The position numbers were made by a program, and so were the translations under genes. DNA of 32,000 nucleotides from Thermoproteus tenax Kra 1 (GTDB taxonomy: Archaea; Thermoproteota; Thermoprotei; Thermoproteales; Thermoproteaceae), in the NCBI RefSeq assembly GCF_000253055.1, contig NC_016070.1:1290001-1322000 (forward strand), in the 5' to 3' direction. Positions within the stretch are counted from its first letter, which is position 1; every line of letters starts with the position of its first letter. Shown in pieces: positions 15,691 through 23,221 of this stretch. Under the pieces are notes generated by a model that saw nothing but the letters and a program-made list of their open reading frames with translations, searched no databases and was not told the DNA's origin.

Positions 15691-16739
15691 TACTCTTCGG
15701 AGAGGTACCCGGCCTCTATCAAGATCTTTATCTCGTCGTGAGTTAGACGTTCGCCTCTGAGGAGCTTATTGTATATCTCATCGGCCTTCGCCCTCAAGCT
15801 CTCTCTGGCGTTGTTTTTGGCCTCGAGCGAGGCCTTGTATTTGTCTGAGAGGTCAGCTGCCTTTAACAATATGGTATACTTGTTGAGCTCTTCCCTCAGC
15901 TGGAAGATATGGCCTCTCAGCTCCTTCCTCTTGGCAGCGAGCTCTACAATGTTCTTCTTCAGCTCGTCCCTAGCCTGTTTGAGCTGCTCCCGCTTGTTCT
16001 TGAGATCCACCAGTTGTTTATACGTGCTCTCTCTTTCGGCCTTAAGCTTTACGATCTCCTCCTTAATGGAGCTAAGAGCCGCGACGAGGCTTGATATCTG
16101 GCTCCTCAGCTCCTCTTTTTTCTTCCTTATTTCATCTATTCTGTTCTTTATATCCTGAATGTGCGACCTCAACTTCTCCAGAGAGTCCGCTAGATTAAGC
16201 TCCTCCTCTATCTCCGATATCGTCTTGATAAACTGGCGCTCCCACTCTGGGTCCGTGGGCGTTGTCTCAAAGTAGTACTCAAGTTTCTCTATCAACATCT
16301 TCATCTTGTCTTTATCTATTGGCCGGCCGCCCACATACTCATTTATGGCGGCCAAGGCCCTTCTGTAGGCCTCGAGCTTCTCTCTGTACTTCTGCATCTC
16401 GGCGTTCAGCTCCAGTATCTGCGATTTGGATCTACGAATAGAGTCGATGATTTCTTGGCGCCTCGCTCTTAATTTATTCAGCTCCTCTCTGATCTTCATC
16501 AGTTTGGCCCTAGCGTTGTCTATCTGCGATCTTACATCTGCTAAGCTCCGCCTGATCTCCGACAGCTGGTTCTTCTTGTTGTCTATCTCAGTCGTTATTG
16601 ATGCTATCTGGCTCTCCAATTTATCAATAGACGAACTCAACTCGCGTATCTTATTGAGCACCTCGTCTCTATTGATCACGAGACGGAACAAGCCCTTATA
16701 TTTAGCTTTTCTCAATACTTCGGAGGGGGCGATGGCCAT
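15690..16739 (-). CDS. archaeal coiled-coil protein (COG1340-like)
   Basis: 349 aa of nearly continuous heptad-repeat sequence rich in E/K/R/L/I. The antisense ORFs are S/L-rich shadow ORFs. Confidence 0.6.
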   Translation of the reverse strand: MAIAPSEVLRKAKYKGLFRLVINRDEVLNKIRELSSSIDKLESQIASITTEIDNKKNQLSEIRRSLADVRSQIDNARAKLMKIREELNKLRARRQEIIDSIRRSKSQILELNAEMQKYREKLEAYRRALAAINEYVGGRPIDKDKMKMLIEKLEYYFETTPTDPEWERQFIKTISEIEEELNLADSLEKLRSHIQDIKNRIDEIRKKKEELRSQISSLVAALSSIKEEIVKLKAERESTYKQLVDLKNKREQLKQARDELKKNIVELAAKRKELRGHIFQLREELNKYTILLKAADLSDKYKASLEAKNNARESLRAKADEIYNKLLRGERLTHDEIKILIEAGYLSEE

Positions 16740-16841
16740 GGAGGGCCAATTTATGAGGGCTGAGGCCGCGACCTTAGGACTCCTTATAAGACTCCTTTAT
16801 TAAAAAAGAAAATAATATATTCCTACAAATCTTTTTGTGCA

Positions 16842-17552
16842 ATGACTCAGCCCTATAAAGATGTGGCAATGTATATAGCTGGGGATATAATAATGTCAGA
16901 AAGCCCGGGGGAGGCCATAAAGAGGTGGAGACTCGTCTTCGGGCTTACTCAGACCGCATTGGCTGTCCGCCTAAACACATCCCCCAGTGTGATAAGCGAC
17001 TACGAGTCCGGCAGGAGGAAGTTCCCAGGCGCGCGCTTCGTCAAAAGGCTTGTCCAAGCGCTTATTGAGGCTGACCTAGAGCGAGGAGGGCCTATCGTGA
17101 ACTTGCTCATGAGGCAGATCTTGAGAGAGAAATATTGGACTGCCGTGATAGATATGAGGGACTTCACTTCACCCGTCCCTATGAGCGAGTTTTTAGACGC
17201 CATAGACGCCGAGATTTTGGTCGAGCCTTCCTCTATCGATATATACGGCTACACCTTAGTTGACAGCATAAAGCTGGTTCTCGATGTCCCCTCCAATGAG
17301 TACCTCAGGCTATACGGCACTACCTCGCAAAGGGCCGCTATATTCACCAAAGTGTCTACAGGCAGATCGCCCGTGATAGCAGTCAAGGCTATGTCGGCCG
17401 TAGTCAACCTCAAGCCGGCCGTATTGGTTCTCCACGGCGTCAAGGAAGTCGACAGCTTGGCCATAGAGATATGCAAAAGGGAGTATATCCCCCTCGCGGT
17501 CACAAACCTCGAGTTGGAGGCGTTAATAGAAAACCTCAGGAGATTCAAATAG
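16842..17552 (+). CDS. XRE-type HTH transcriptional regulator with C-terminal domain (COG1709-like)
   Basis: 'IKRWRLVFGLTQTALAVRLNTSPSVISDYESGRR' HTH near the N-terminus plus a ~160-aa C-terminal domain. Confidence 0.6.
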   Translation: MTQPYKDVAMYIAGDIIMSESPGEAIKRWRLVFGLTQTALAVRLNTSPSVISDYESGRRKFPGARFVKRLVQALIEADLERGGPIVNLLMRQILREKYWTAVIDMRDFTSPVPMSEFLDAIDAEILVEPSSIDIYGYTLVDSIKLVLDVPSNEYLRLYGTTSQRAAIFTKVSTGRSPVIAVKAMSAVVNLKPAVLVLHGVKEVDSLAIEICKREYIPLAVTNLELEALIENLRRFK

Positions 17553-17555
17553 ACG

Positions 17556-18044
17556 CTACCTTTTTCGGAGAATCCTCTGTATCCTCTGCAGATTGCCTAA
17601 GCCCTTCGTGGCCTCGTGGCGCTTCTTCTGGGCTCTCTCTCTGGCCTTCTTCTTCCACTTGCGGGCATGCGTCTCCTTATATTTAACCGATACCAAGCCT
17701 CTGGCTCTTCTCCCAGCCGAGGTAAGGCCTCTGAAGGCGCGGCCTCTCTTGGGCTTTATTGATACAGATGTGGGCATCCTGGGCTCCGGTGGAGCGACCT
17801 CCCCTTTAGCTATCTTGCTCAACCACTCGCTTAGGTTCTTCACGTTTATCTCGTGTACTGACTTCCTGCGTTCATCGACGTAGATCCCCAAAAGCCTTGC
17901 CTCCTCGACAGTCAAGCCGACCTTTTTTATCTCTCCGATCGAGAAGCCTCTGGCCTCCCTCCATCTGACAACGCCTCCCTTCGCTATCCTCATCGGCTCT
18001 TTGACTAAAGGCTTCGGCGGCTCCTCAGTGGCGATGCCCATCAA
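17556..18044 (-). CDS. rpl13e: ribosomal protein L13e (eL13)
   Basis: 'RWREARGFSIGEIKKVGLTVEEARLLGIYVDERRK' matches the eL13 core. Very basic K/R-rich C-terminus. A palindromic TATA (TTTTATAAAATTTAT) lies ~20 bp upstream. Confidence 0.75.
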   Translation of the reverse strand: MMGIATEEPPKPLVKEPMRIAKGGVVRWREARGFSIGEIKKVGLTVEEARLLGIYVDERRKSVHEINVKNLSEWLSKIAKGEVAPPEPRMPTSVSIKPKRGRAFRGLTSAGRRARGLVSVKYKETHARKWKKKARERAQKKRHEATKGLGNLQRIQRILRKR

Positions 18045-18222
18045 GCACCCACTAGAAGCATTTTATAAAATTTATGAGCGCCTCTACGCCCCCTTCTATC
18101 CCCGGCTCTCCACAGCTCCGTTTTTACAATATCCTGAAGACCGACATATACATTGTATAAGTACAGGAATAGGATTTAGCAAGACAGAGGAAAAACGTAT
18201 ACCAACATGTGAGGGTTCATTA

Positions 18223-18232
18223 GGTATATACC
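18223..18232 (+). promoter_or_regulatory. TATA box upstream of the GC-rich RNA locus
   Basis: GGTATATACC lies ~20-25 bp upstream of the point (about 18248) where base composition switches to GC-rich. Confidence 0.45.
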
Positions 18233-18244
18233 TCTGACCTGGAG

Positions 18245-18535
18245 GCTGCTCGGGTATACGGCCTTAAGTGCGACGATGCTTAGCGGCGATACAGCTCTGG
18301 CCGGCTGGACAACTCCGGCGGTGCCTCAACGGAGGCTGGGGCCCACCTCAGGGGCGCGTTCAGAGAGATCCCACAACGAGCGAGGGAGGTACCGTCGTAA
18401 AGGTCGGCCCAAGGGGTCTCCTCCGCCTATCCGCGGCGTTGGCCAACGAGGGGCCTCTGCTTTGAACCCCACCTGGGGAGCGCCGCAAGGGGGCGTCGGT
18501 CGATAGATCTCGACGGCCGATTAAAGGTGCTCATT
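18245..18535 (+). ncRNA. structured GC-rich non-coding RNA, class unresolved (RNase P RNA-like motifs)
   Basis: About 290 nt, markedly more GC-rich than the AT-rich flanks, with no credible ORF. A TATA box lies upstream and a T7 run sits directly at the 3' end. Helices need G:U pairs on the + strand only. Motifs: UAAAGGUCGGCCC (CR-I-like), GAACCCCACCUGGGGAGC (CR-III-like), GAUAGAUCUCGACGGCCGAUUA (CR-V-like). Confidence 0.5.
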
Positions 18536-18540
18536 TTTTT
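18534..18540 (+). terminator. oligo-T terminator (T7)
   Basis: TTTTTTT lies immediately after the last predicted helix of the GC-rich RNA. Confidence 0.6.
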
Positions 18541-18562
18541 ATAACGGCAATTTCGCGTTCGT

Positions 18563-18889
18563 GTGCAAAGGCTTCTGGCCCTGTTGGCCGTCTATAAATT
18601 CGCGTCGAGCCTTGTTATCTACATTGTCACCCTGACGCTGGATCCGGTGTCGATCCTCAGCGCCATTATGACGGCTATCACGTCCCTCATATCGTCAATC
18701 AGCAGAGAGGCCGAGATATTCTTGGTCCTTATTCCCCTAATAGTGTTGGTCGACGTAATTGGACTTGTCCTTGCCATCTCTGCTATAATAGGCGCAATGG
18801 CTGGCGATTACACGCCCTATCTGGGGTTTTATATGGTAGCGCTTGTATGGGACATTGAGGCCTTCCGTATCTCTAGACAGATATCATGA
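18563..18889 (+). CDS. small membrane protein (3 predicted TM helices)
   Basis: 108-aa hydrophobic ORF with a GTG start ~25 bp downstream of 'TTTTTATAA'. Confidence 0.45.
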   Translation: MQRLLALLAVYKFASSLVIYIVTLTLDPVSILSAIMTAITSLISSISREAEIFLVLIPLIVLVDVIGLVLAISAIIGAMAGDYTPYLGFYMVALVWDIEAFRISRQIS

Positions 18890-19231
18890 TACGACGTCGA
18901 CGGCCTTCTCCACGATGTATTCGTCGAAATTGCCGTAGACTTTTATCTTGAACAGAGCACGTCCACCGGGCGGCGAAGAGCGTACCTTATATATATTATC
19001 AGCTATTCTCTCTATATATACATTTTTATCTGCCTGATACTCTATTTCATAATTTTTTAAAAGTAAAGATAAATTTGTAAAATCGATAAGCCCCTCGCCC
19101 CTCACCCTAGGAACCACGGGGAACGATTTCACGGTTTTTATTATTTTTAAATCGTATTCTATTTTATATAATATATATATTCCTAGTCCTACTACTAATC
19201 CAAATAATAATAAATCTATTGTGATATTCAT
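18884..19231 (-). CDS. hypothetical protein with N-terminal TM anchor
   Basis: 115-aa ORF starting 'MNITIDLLLFGLVVGLGIYILY' (TM anchor). The start overlaps the upstream stop by 4 nt (ATGA). Confidence 0.5.
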   Translation of the reverse strand: MNITIDLLLFGLVVGLGIYILYKIEYDLKIIKTVKSFPVVPRVRGEGLIDFTNLSLLLKNYEIEYQADKNVYIERIADNIYKVRSSPPGGRALFKIKVYGNFDEYIVEKAVDVVS

Positions 19232-19542
19232 TTATATGTTTCAAGGATCATTTGTGCCGTCTGAGGAGTCGTCTTAAGGCCATAGAAGGCGTTGAAGCTT
19301 ATGTCGCCGCACCATCTAGGCCACATCTCAATTCTGTTGTCCCACAGAACGATGTTGTACCCCTCCGGGTTGTATGCTCTCTTCATCTTCCCGACCAACT
19401 CTTGGATCAGCTTGGCAAGCTCCACTAGCTCTTTGTCGGACAACTGATCTATGGGTCTCTCCGACGAAATGATTACGTGTCCGCTGTTGAGGGGCCTATC
19501 TGCTGGCTCAACTGTAAAAAGGTCCACCTTTTTAATTATCAT
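19228..19542 (-). CDS. HIT-fold-like protein lacking the histidine triad
   Basis: 'PLNSGHVIISSERPIDQLSDL..ELVELAKLIQ...EGYNIV' follows the HIT family pattern, but the HxHxHxx position reads 'RIEMWPRW'. 4-nt overlap with the tfb stop. Confidence 0.45.
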   Translation of the reverse strand: MIIKKVDLFTVEPADRPLNSGHVIISSERPIDQLSDKELVELAKLIQELVGKMKRAYNPEGYNIVLWDNRIEMWPRWCGDISFNAFYGLKTTPQTAQMILETYK

Positions 19543-20537
19543 TTAACTGGGATCTTTATATCGAGCGCCTTGGCCAACTCCTTGTATCTGTTCCTCACTG
19601 TGACCTCGGTGACGCCTGCGGCCACTGCAAAGTCCTTCTGTGTCCTATTGTCGCCGTGTAGCAAGGACGCTATATAGACAGCCGCGGCGGCTAAGCCTGC
19701 CGGGTCCTTTCCGGCCGTCAAACCCGCCTTCTTGGCCCTATTTATTATATCTATCGCGGTCTTGACGACGTCGCCTGTAAGCTTCAGCTGTTCAGCGACT
19801 CTGGATATATACAACACGGGGTCGCTTATAGGAACCCTTACGTTTAACTCCCTTAGGAGCAATCTATAACATCTCGCGACCTCGCGCCTAGACGCCTTAG
19901 TGTACCTTATCAATTCATCCAGAGGCCTTGGGGTCTTCAACATCCTGCAAGCCATATACAGCGCCGCGGCGGCCATCGCCTCCACAGAGCGCCCTCTCAC
20001 TAGCTCTTTCTCCAACGCTTGTCTGTAGATCTCTAGGGCTTGTTCCACACACGGCCTCGGCACTCCCATGGAGCTCTTGAGCCTCTCCAACTCTTGGGCA
20101 GCTTGTACGAAGTTGCGCTCGTAGCTGGTCTGTACTCTGGCGCGCGTTTGCCACTTCCTCAATCTGATCACCTCCAACTTCCTCTTAAGGTCTAGCTCCT
20201 TGCCAGAGACGTCTCTGTCCCTCCAATCGATCACAGTGGTTAGAGCCTCCGAGACTAACCTCGTTATGGGAGCGCCCGTGCGGGCCCTCTGACCCTTCTC
20301 CTCGTTTGTAAAGGCTCTCCACTCGGGGCCTAGGTCGACTAAATTCTCCGATATTACTGTGCCGCAGACGACGCAAACTATCTCGCCTCGCTCGTAATTG
20401 TATACGAACTTGTCGTTTCCGCAGACAGGACATACATACGGCTCTCCTGTCTCTGTGATTAAGCTTAAATAGCCATCGCTACTTTTAGCGATACGGAGCT
20501 TCGGAGGAACCCCCTGGTTAGTGCCCTGAGCCGACAT
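19539..20537 (-). CDS. tfb: transcription initiation factor IIB (TFB)
   Basis: N-terminal Zn ribbon 'CPVCGNDKFVYNYERGEIVCVVCG', B-reader/linker 'DLGPEWRAF', and two cyclin-fold repeats (RGRSVEAMAAAALYMACR ... GKDPAGLAAAAVYIA). Confidence 0.9.
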   Translation of the reverse strand: MSAQGTNQGVPPKLRIAKSSDGYLSLITETGEPYVCPVCGNDKFVYNYERGEIVCVVCGTVISENLVDLGPEWRAFTNEEKGQRARTGAPITRLVSEALTTVIDWRDRDVSGKELDLKRKLEVIRLRKWQTRARVQTSYERNFVQAAQELERLKSSMGVPRPCVEQALEIYRQALEKELVRGRSVEAMAAAALYMACRMLKTPRPLDELIRYTKASRREVARCYRLLLRELNVRVPISDPVLYISRVAEQLKLTGDVVKTAIDIINRAKKAGLTAGKDPAGLAAAAVYIASLLHGDNRTQKDFAVAAGVTEVTVRNRYKELAKALDIKIPVK

Positions 20538-20616
20538 CCCTTATAAATACTTTATAAGTATATAAATTTTTCGCATATATTAGTTATTTAGTTTATTCTT
20601 ATAATAATACAGTATA

Positions 20617-21582
20617 TTATTTCTTTATAGAATTTATTATTCTTCTAACTCTAGCAAGAATTCCATAAATTTGTACAAGGCCATTGGCGCCCCGCAGAAC
20701 GGCATAATGGGCTCTCTCGACCTCATATGCTAGATCGGGCTTCAAGTGCTCGGGTACATCGAGCCTTAGAACCTCTCTGTGGATCTGCCTTATCAGCTCT
20801 AGTTCGCCTACTCCTCCGTCGGCCACTATGCCGTATATCTGAGATATAGCTTTACTGAAGTCGCCGCTGATGGCCTCGGCGATGAGCCGACGTAGGATCG
20901 ATGGACTGACATAGCCGAGCGCCCTTGCGATGGCCTCCTCGTCTATCTCCCTGGTTGTGGAGCTGGCTATCTGCAACGCCGTTATTGCCCTCCTCATATC
21001 GCCCTGTGTGAAGTCGAATATTGCCTCCAAGGCATCTTGAGTCACCTTCAGACCTTCTTGCTCCGCTATATACCTCAGCCTAGCCACTACCGCATCCTTG
21101 GGCAAGGGCGAGAAGCGGAAGACTGCACAACGCGATTGTATGGGCTCGATAATGCCCGACACGTAGTTAGCCAACAGAACGAACCTGGTGGTCGCCGCGT
21201 ACATCTCCATTATCCTCCTGAGCGCCTGCTGCGCGTCGGAGGTCATGTTGTCCGCCTCGTCCAATACGACCAGCTTGAAGGGGGCTCCGCCGGCCGGCGC
21301 AGTTCTGGCGAACTCCTTGACCCTCTCCCTTATCACGTTTATCCCCCTCTCGTCGGACGCGTTGAGCTCCAGCGTGTTCTCGCGCCAGCGCTCCCCGTAG
21401 AGCTCCCTCGCGAGCACCAGGGCGGTCGTAGTCTTGCCCGTGCCGGGCGGGCCGTAGAAGAGGAGGTGGGGCATGTTGCCGGCCTTTATGAACTCCGCCA
21501 GCCTGGCCTTTATCTCCTCCAAGTCCACTATCTCGGCGAAGGACTTGGGGCGGTACTTCTCGAACCAGAAGAGATCCGTCAT
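20617..21582 (-). CDS. rfcS: replication factor C small subunit
   Basis: 'WFEKYRPKSFAEIV', Walker A 'GPPGTGKTT', 'LNASDERGI', Walker B 'VVLDEADNMT', SRC motif 'IQSRCAVFRF'. Confidence 0.9.
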   Translation of the reverse strand: MTDLFWFEKYRPKSFAEIVDLEEIKARLAEFIKAGNMPHLLFYGPPGTGKTTTALVLARELYGERWRENTLELNASDERGINVIRERVKEFARTAPAGGAPFKLVVLDEADNMTSDAQQALRRIMEMYAATTRFVLLANYVSGIIEPIQSRCAVFRFSPLPKDAVVARLRYIAEQEGLKVTQDALEAIFDFTQGDMRRAITALQIASSTTREIDEEAIARALGYVSPSILRRLIAEAISGDFSKAISQIYGIVADGGVGELELIRQIHREVLRLDVPEHLKPDLAYEVERAHYAVLRGANGLVQIYGILARVRRIINSIKK

Positions 21583-22058
21583 AGCTTAAACTCTTCTGCG
21601 AGCTGGGTAGGCATGTATTTGTTATCCTTCTTTATTATATAGCCCAACCTGTTTAGAATCTCAAGCAATTCGTACTCCCTTTCGTCGAGAGACTCGGCCT
21701 TTTCTACGTCGATAGGCAACCTGTTTAATAGATCCGATATCGCTCTCTTTGATGCAACGACCTCTCTGTTGGCGCCCTCATCTCTGAGCAGTACCACAAG
21801 GCCCCTCTCAACGAGCCTCTTGAGGGCGCCCTTCGATCTTACGTCCTTTACGTCCACGAACTTCTGGTCCTCTATCATTTTGAGCAGTGGATGTCCCTCA
21901 TCGCGTCTCCGGCCCCTCGCTACTCCCGACTGCCCACCCTCCTCGAACATCTGCCTTATATCTCTCAGCTCCTCCAACACTAAATTGACGAGACCCTCTA
22001 GAGCCTCTATCCTCTCCTCTAAATCCTTAAGACGAGCGATACATTCATCATCTCGCAT
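21579..22058 (-). CDS. hypothetical protein (N-terminal coiled coil, possible C-terminal wHTH)
   Basis: 159-aa ORF with 4-nt overlap with rfcS and 11-nt overlap with the upstream GTPase gene. No motif recognised. Confidence 0.5.
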   Translation of the reverse strand: MRDDECIARLKDLEERIEALEGLVNLVLEELRDIRQMFEEGGQSGVARGRRRDEGHPLLKMIEDQKFVDVKDVRSKGALKRLVERGLVVLLRDEGANREVVASKRAISDLLNRLPIDVEKAESLDEREYELLEILNRLGYIIKKDNKYMPTQLAEEFKL

Positions 22059-23199
22059 GAATTTCTACTACGTCATTATCTTTAAGCCTATATTCGAGTC
22101 CCACCCTCTTAGGCCACTTTGGGAACTCGTCGCGCCGCCAGACGACTGCGTACTTAAACTGCTCGTAAAGAGAGCTGTGTATCATCTTTGCTATATCGCC
22201 AACTGTCGTGTTTTCTTTGACCACTAGAGGCTTCGGCGTGTACCAGTCGCTGTGTATCTGTTTCGTGAAAACTCTGATCATTCTGAGCGTCCCCAGTATC
22301 AGCTCCAACAGCCTCCTTCTGTCAATATCACACGCTGGCAGGTTGACCCTCATGTGGGGGATGCCCAAGCTTTCGAGCTCTCGCTCTACTCCGTCGCCAT
22401 CTCCAGAGATTAAGGCAATGCTGGGCTTGAACAGATGCTCGGAAAAAATGGCGTTCTCGACATCGTCCAGCGTGGCCTCCCCGTCCACGTAGACTACGGC
22501 GTGGTGTATACCGTAGTCGGACAAAAGCCTCTTGACGTCATCCAACGTAGTGTTCCTTAGTTTCCCGACCACTTGGACTCCCCCCATACTTCTCCGCTCG
22601 ACTCTCACCAAGGTCTTCGGCCTGTACACCGAAATGCCGGCCTCGTCGAAGAGCTTTACCATCGCAGACAATGTGGCACCAGGGTTTGCATCGCCTCGCA
22701 AAAGCAAGATGAGGCCGTCTGCGTTTCTCGCCAACGCAAACGTTATAGAGTTTAAATCGCTGGAGAAGTCGTCGAGAACGAGGCTGGGCGCCTTGACCAA
22801 CTGGATATATACGTTGTCCTCCACAAACATGGCGGGAACGGGCTCCACTGTGCTGAAGGGGATCGCGTCGGGCTCCAAGCGCACTGAGGTGAGACACCTC
22901 AGTAGCGAGCTCTTGCCGCCGTTGGGAGGTCCAACGACTACTAACTGTATATCGCCATCCTTTTTGACGTAGTGCCCGCCCGATCCCCTCGCGCCTCTCT
23001 CCTTCGCCTTGCGCTCCTCGACCTCCCTCCTCAGCTCCGCCATCCTCCTTCTGACGAACTTTATGAGCTTCTCAGTGCCTTTATGCTTGGGCACCGCGGA
23101 GAGGAACTCCTCCATCGCTCTTATTTTCTCTTCGGGCGTCTTAGCCTCCATCACTTTCAGCCACTTAGCCTTGGCCTCAGCCGGCAGATTGGCGGGCAC
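22048..23199 (-). CDS. DRG/Obg-like P-loop protein with C-terminal TGS domain (degenerate G3/G4 motifs)
   Basis: DRG-like helical N-terminus, P-loop 'GPPNGGKSS', G2 'FSTVEP', C-terminal TGS 'VGDIAKMIHSSLYEQFKYAVVWR...RVGLEYRLKDNDVVEI'. The DxxG position reads 'VKAPS', and no NKxD was seen. Confidence 0.7.
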   Translation of the reverse strand: MPANLPAEAKAKWLKVMEAKTPEEKIRAMEEFLSAVPKHKGTEKLIKFVRRRMAELRREVEERKAKERGARGSGGHYVKKDGDIQLVVVGPPNGGKSSLLRCLTSVRLEPDAIPFSTVEPVPAMFVEDNVYIQLVKAPSLVLDDFSSDLNSITFALARNADGLILLLRGDANPGATLSAMVKLFDEAGISVYRPKTLVRVERRSMGGVQVVGKLRNTTLDDVKRLLSDYGIHHAVVYVDGEATLDDVENAIFSEHLFKPSIALISGDGDGVERELESLGIPHMRVNLPACDIDRRRLLELILGTLRMIRVFTKQIHSDWYTPKPLVVKENTTVGDIAKMIHSSLYEQFKYAVVWRRDEFPKWPKRVGLEYRLKDNDVVEIHAR

Positions 23200-23221
23200 T
23201 TGATTATGTGATTTATAGTTT

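Noticed and set aside
18268-18506. Track ORFs 18268..18465 and 18276..18506 as protein-coding genes
   Set aside because: The overlapping frames give Gly/Arg/Pro-rich low-complexity translations inside a GC-rich block that is bounded by a TATA box and an oligo-T run. This fits a structured RNA better than a CDS.
18245-18535. SRP (7S) RNA, including a Thermoproteus-style permuted version, as the identity of the GC-rich RNA locus
   Set aside because: Neither strand contains the near-invariant helix 8 signature (AGG-C/U-C-GNAR-GG-AGCA). The closest stretch, GAGCGCC-GCAA-GGGGGCGUCGG, lacks the conserved A residues. I could not find the long helix-5-type complementarity between the two halves. SRP is not formally excluded without a covariance-model search.
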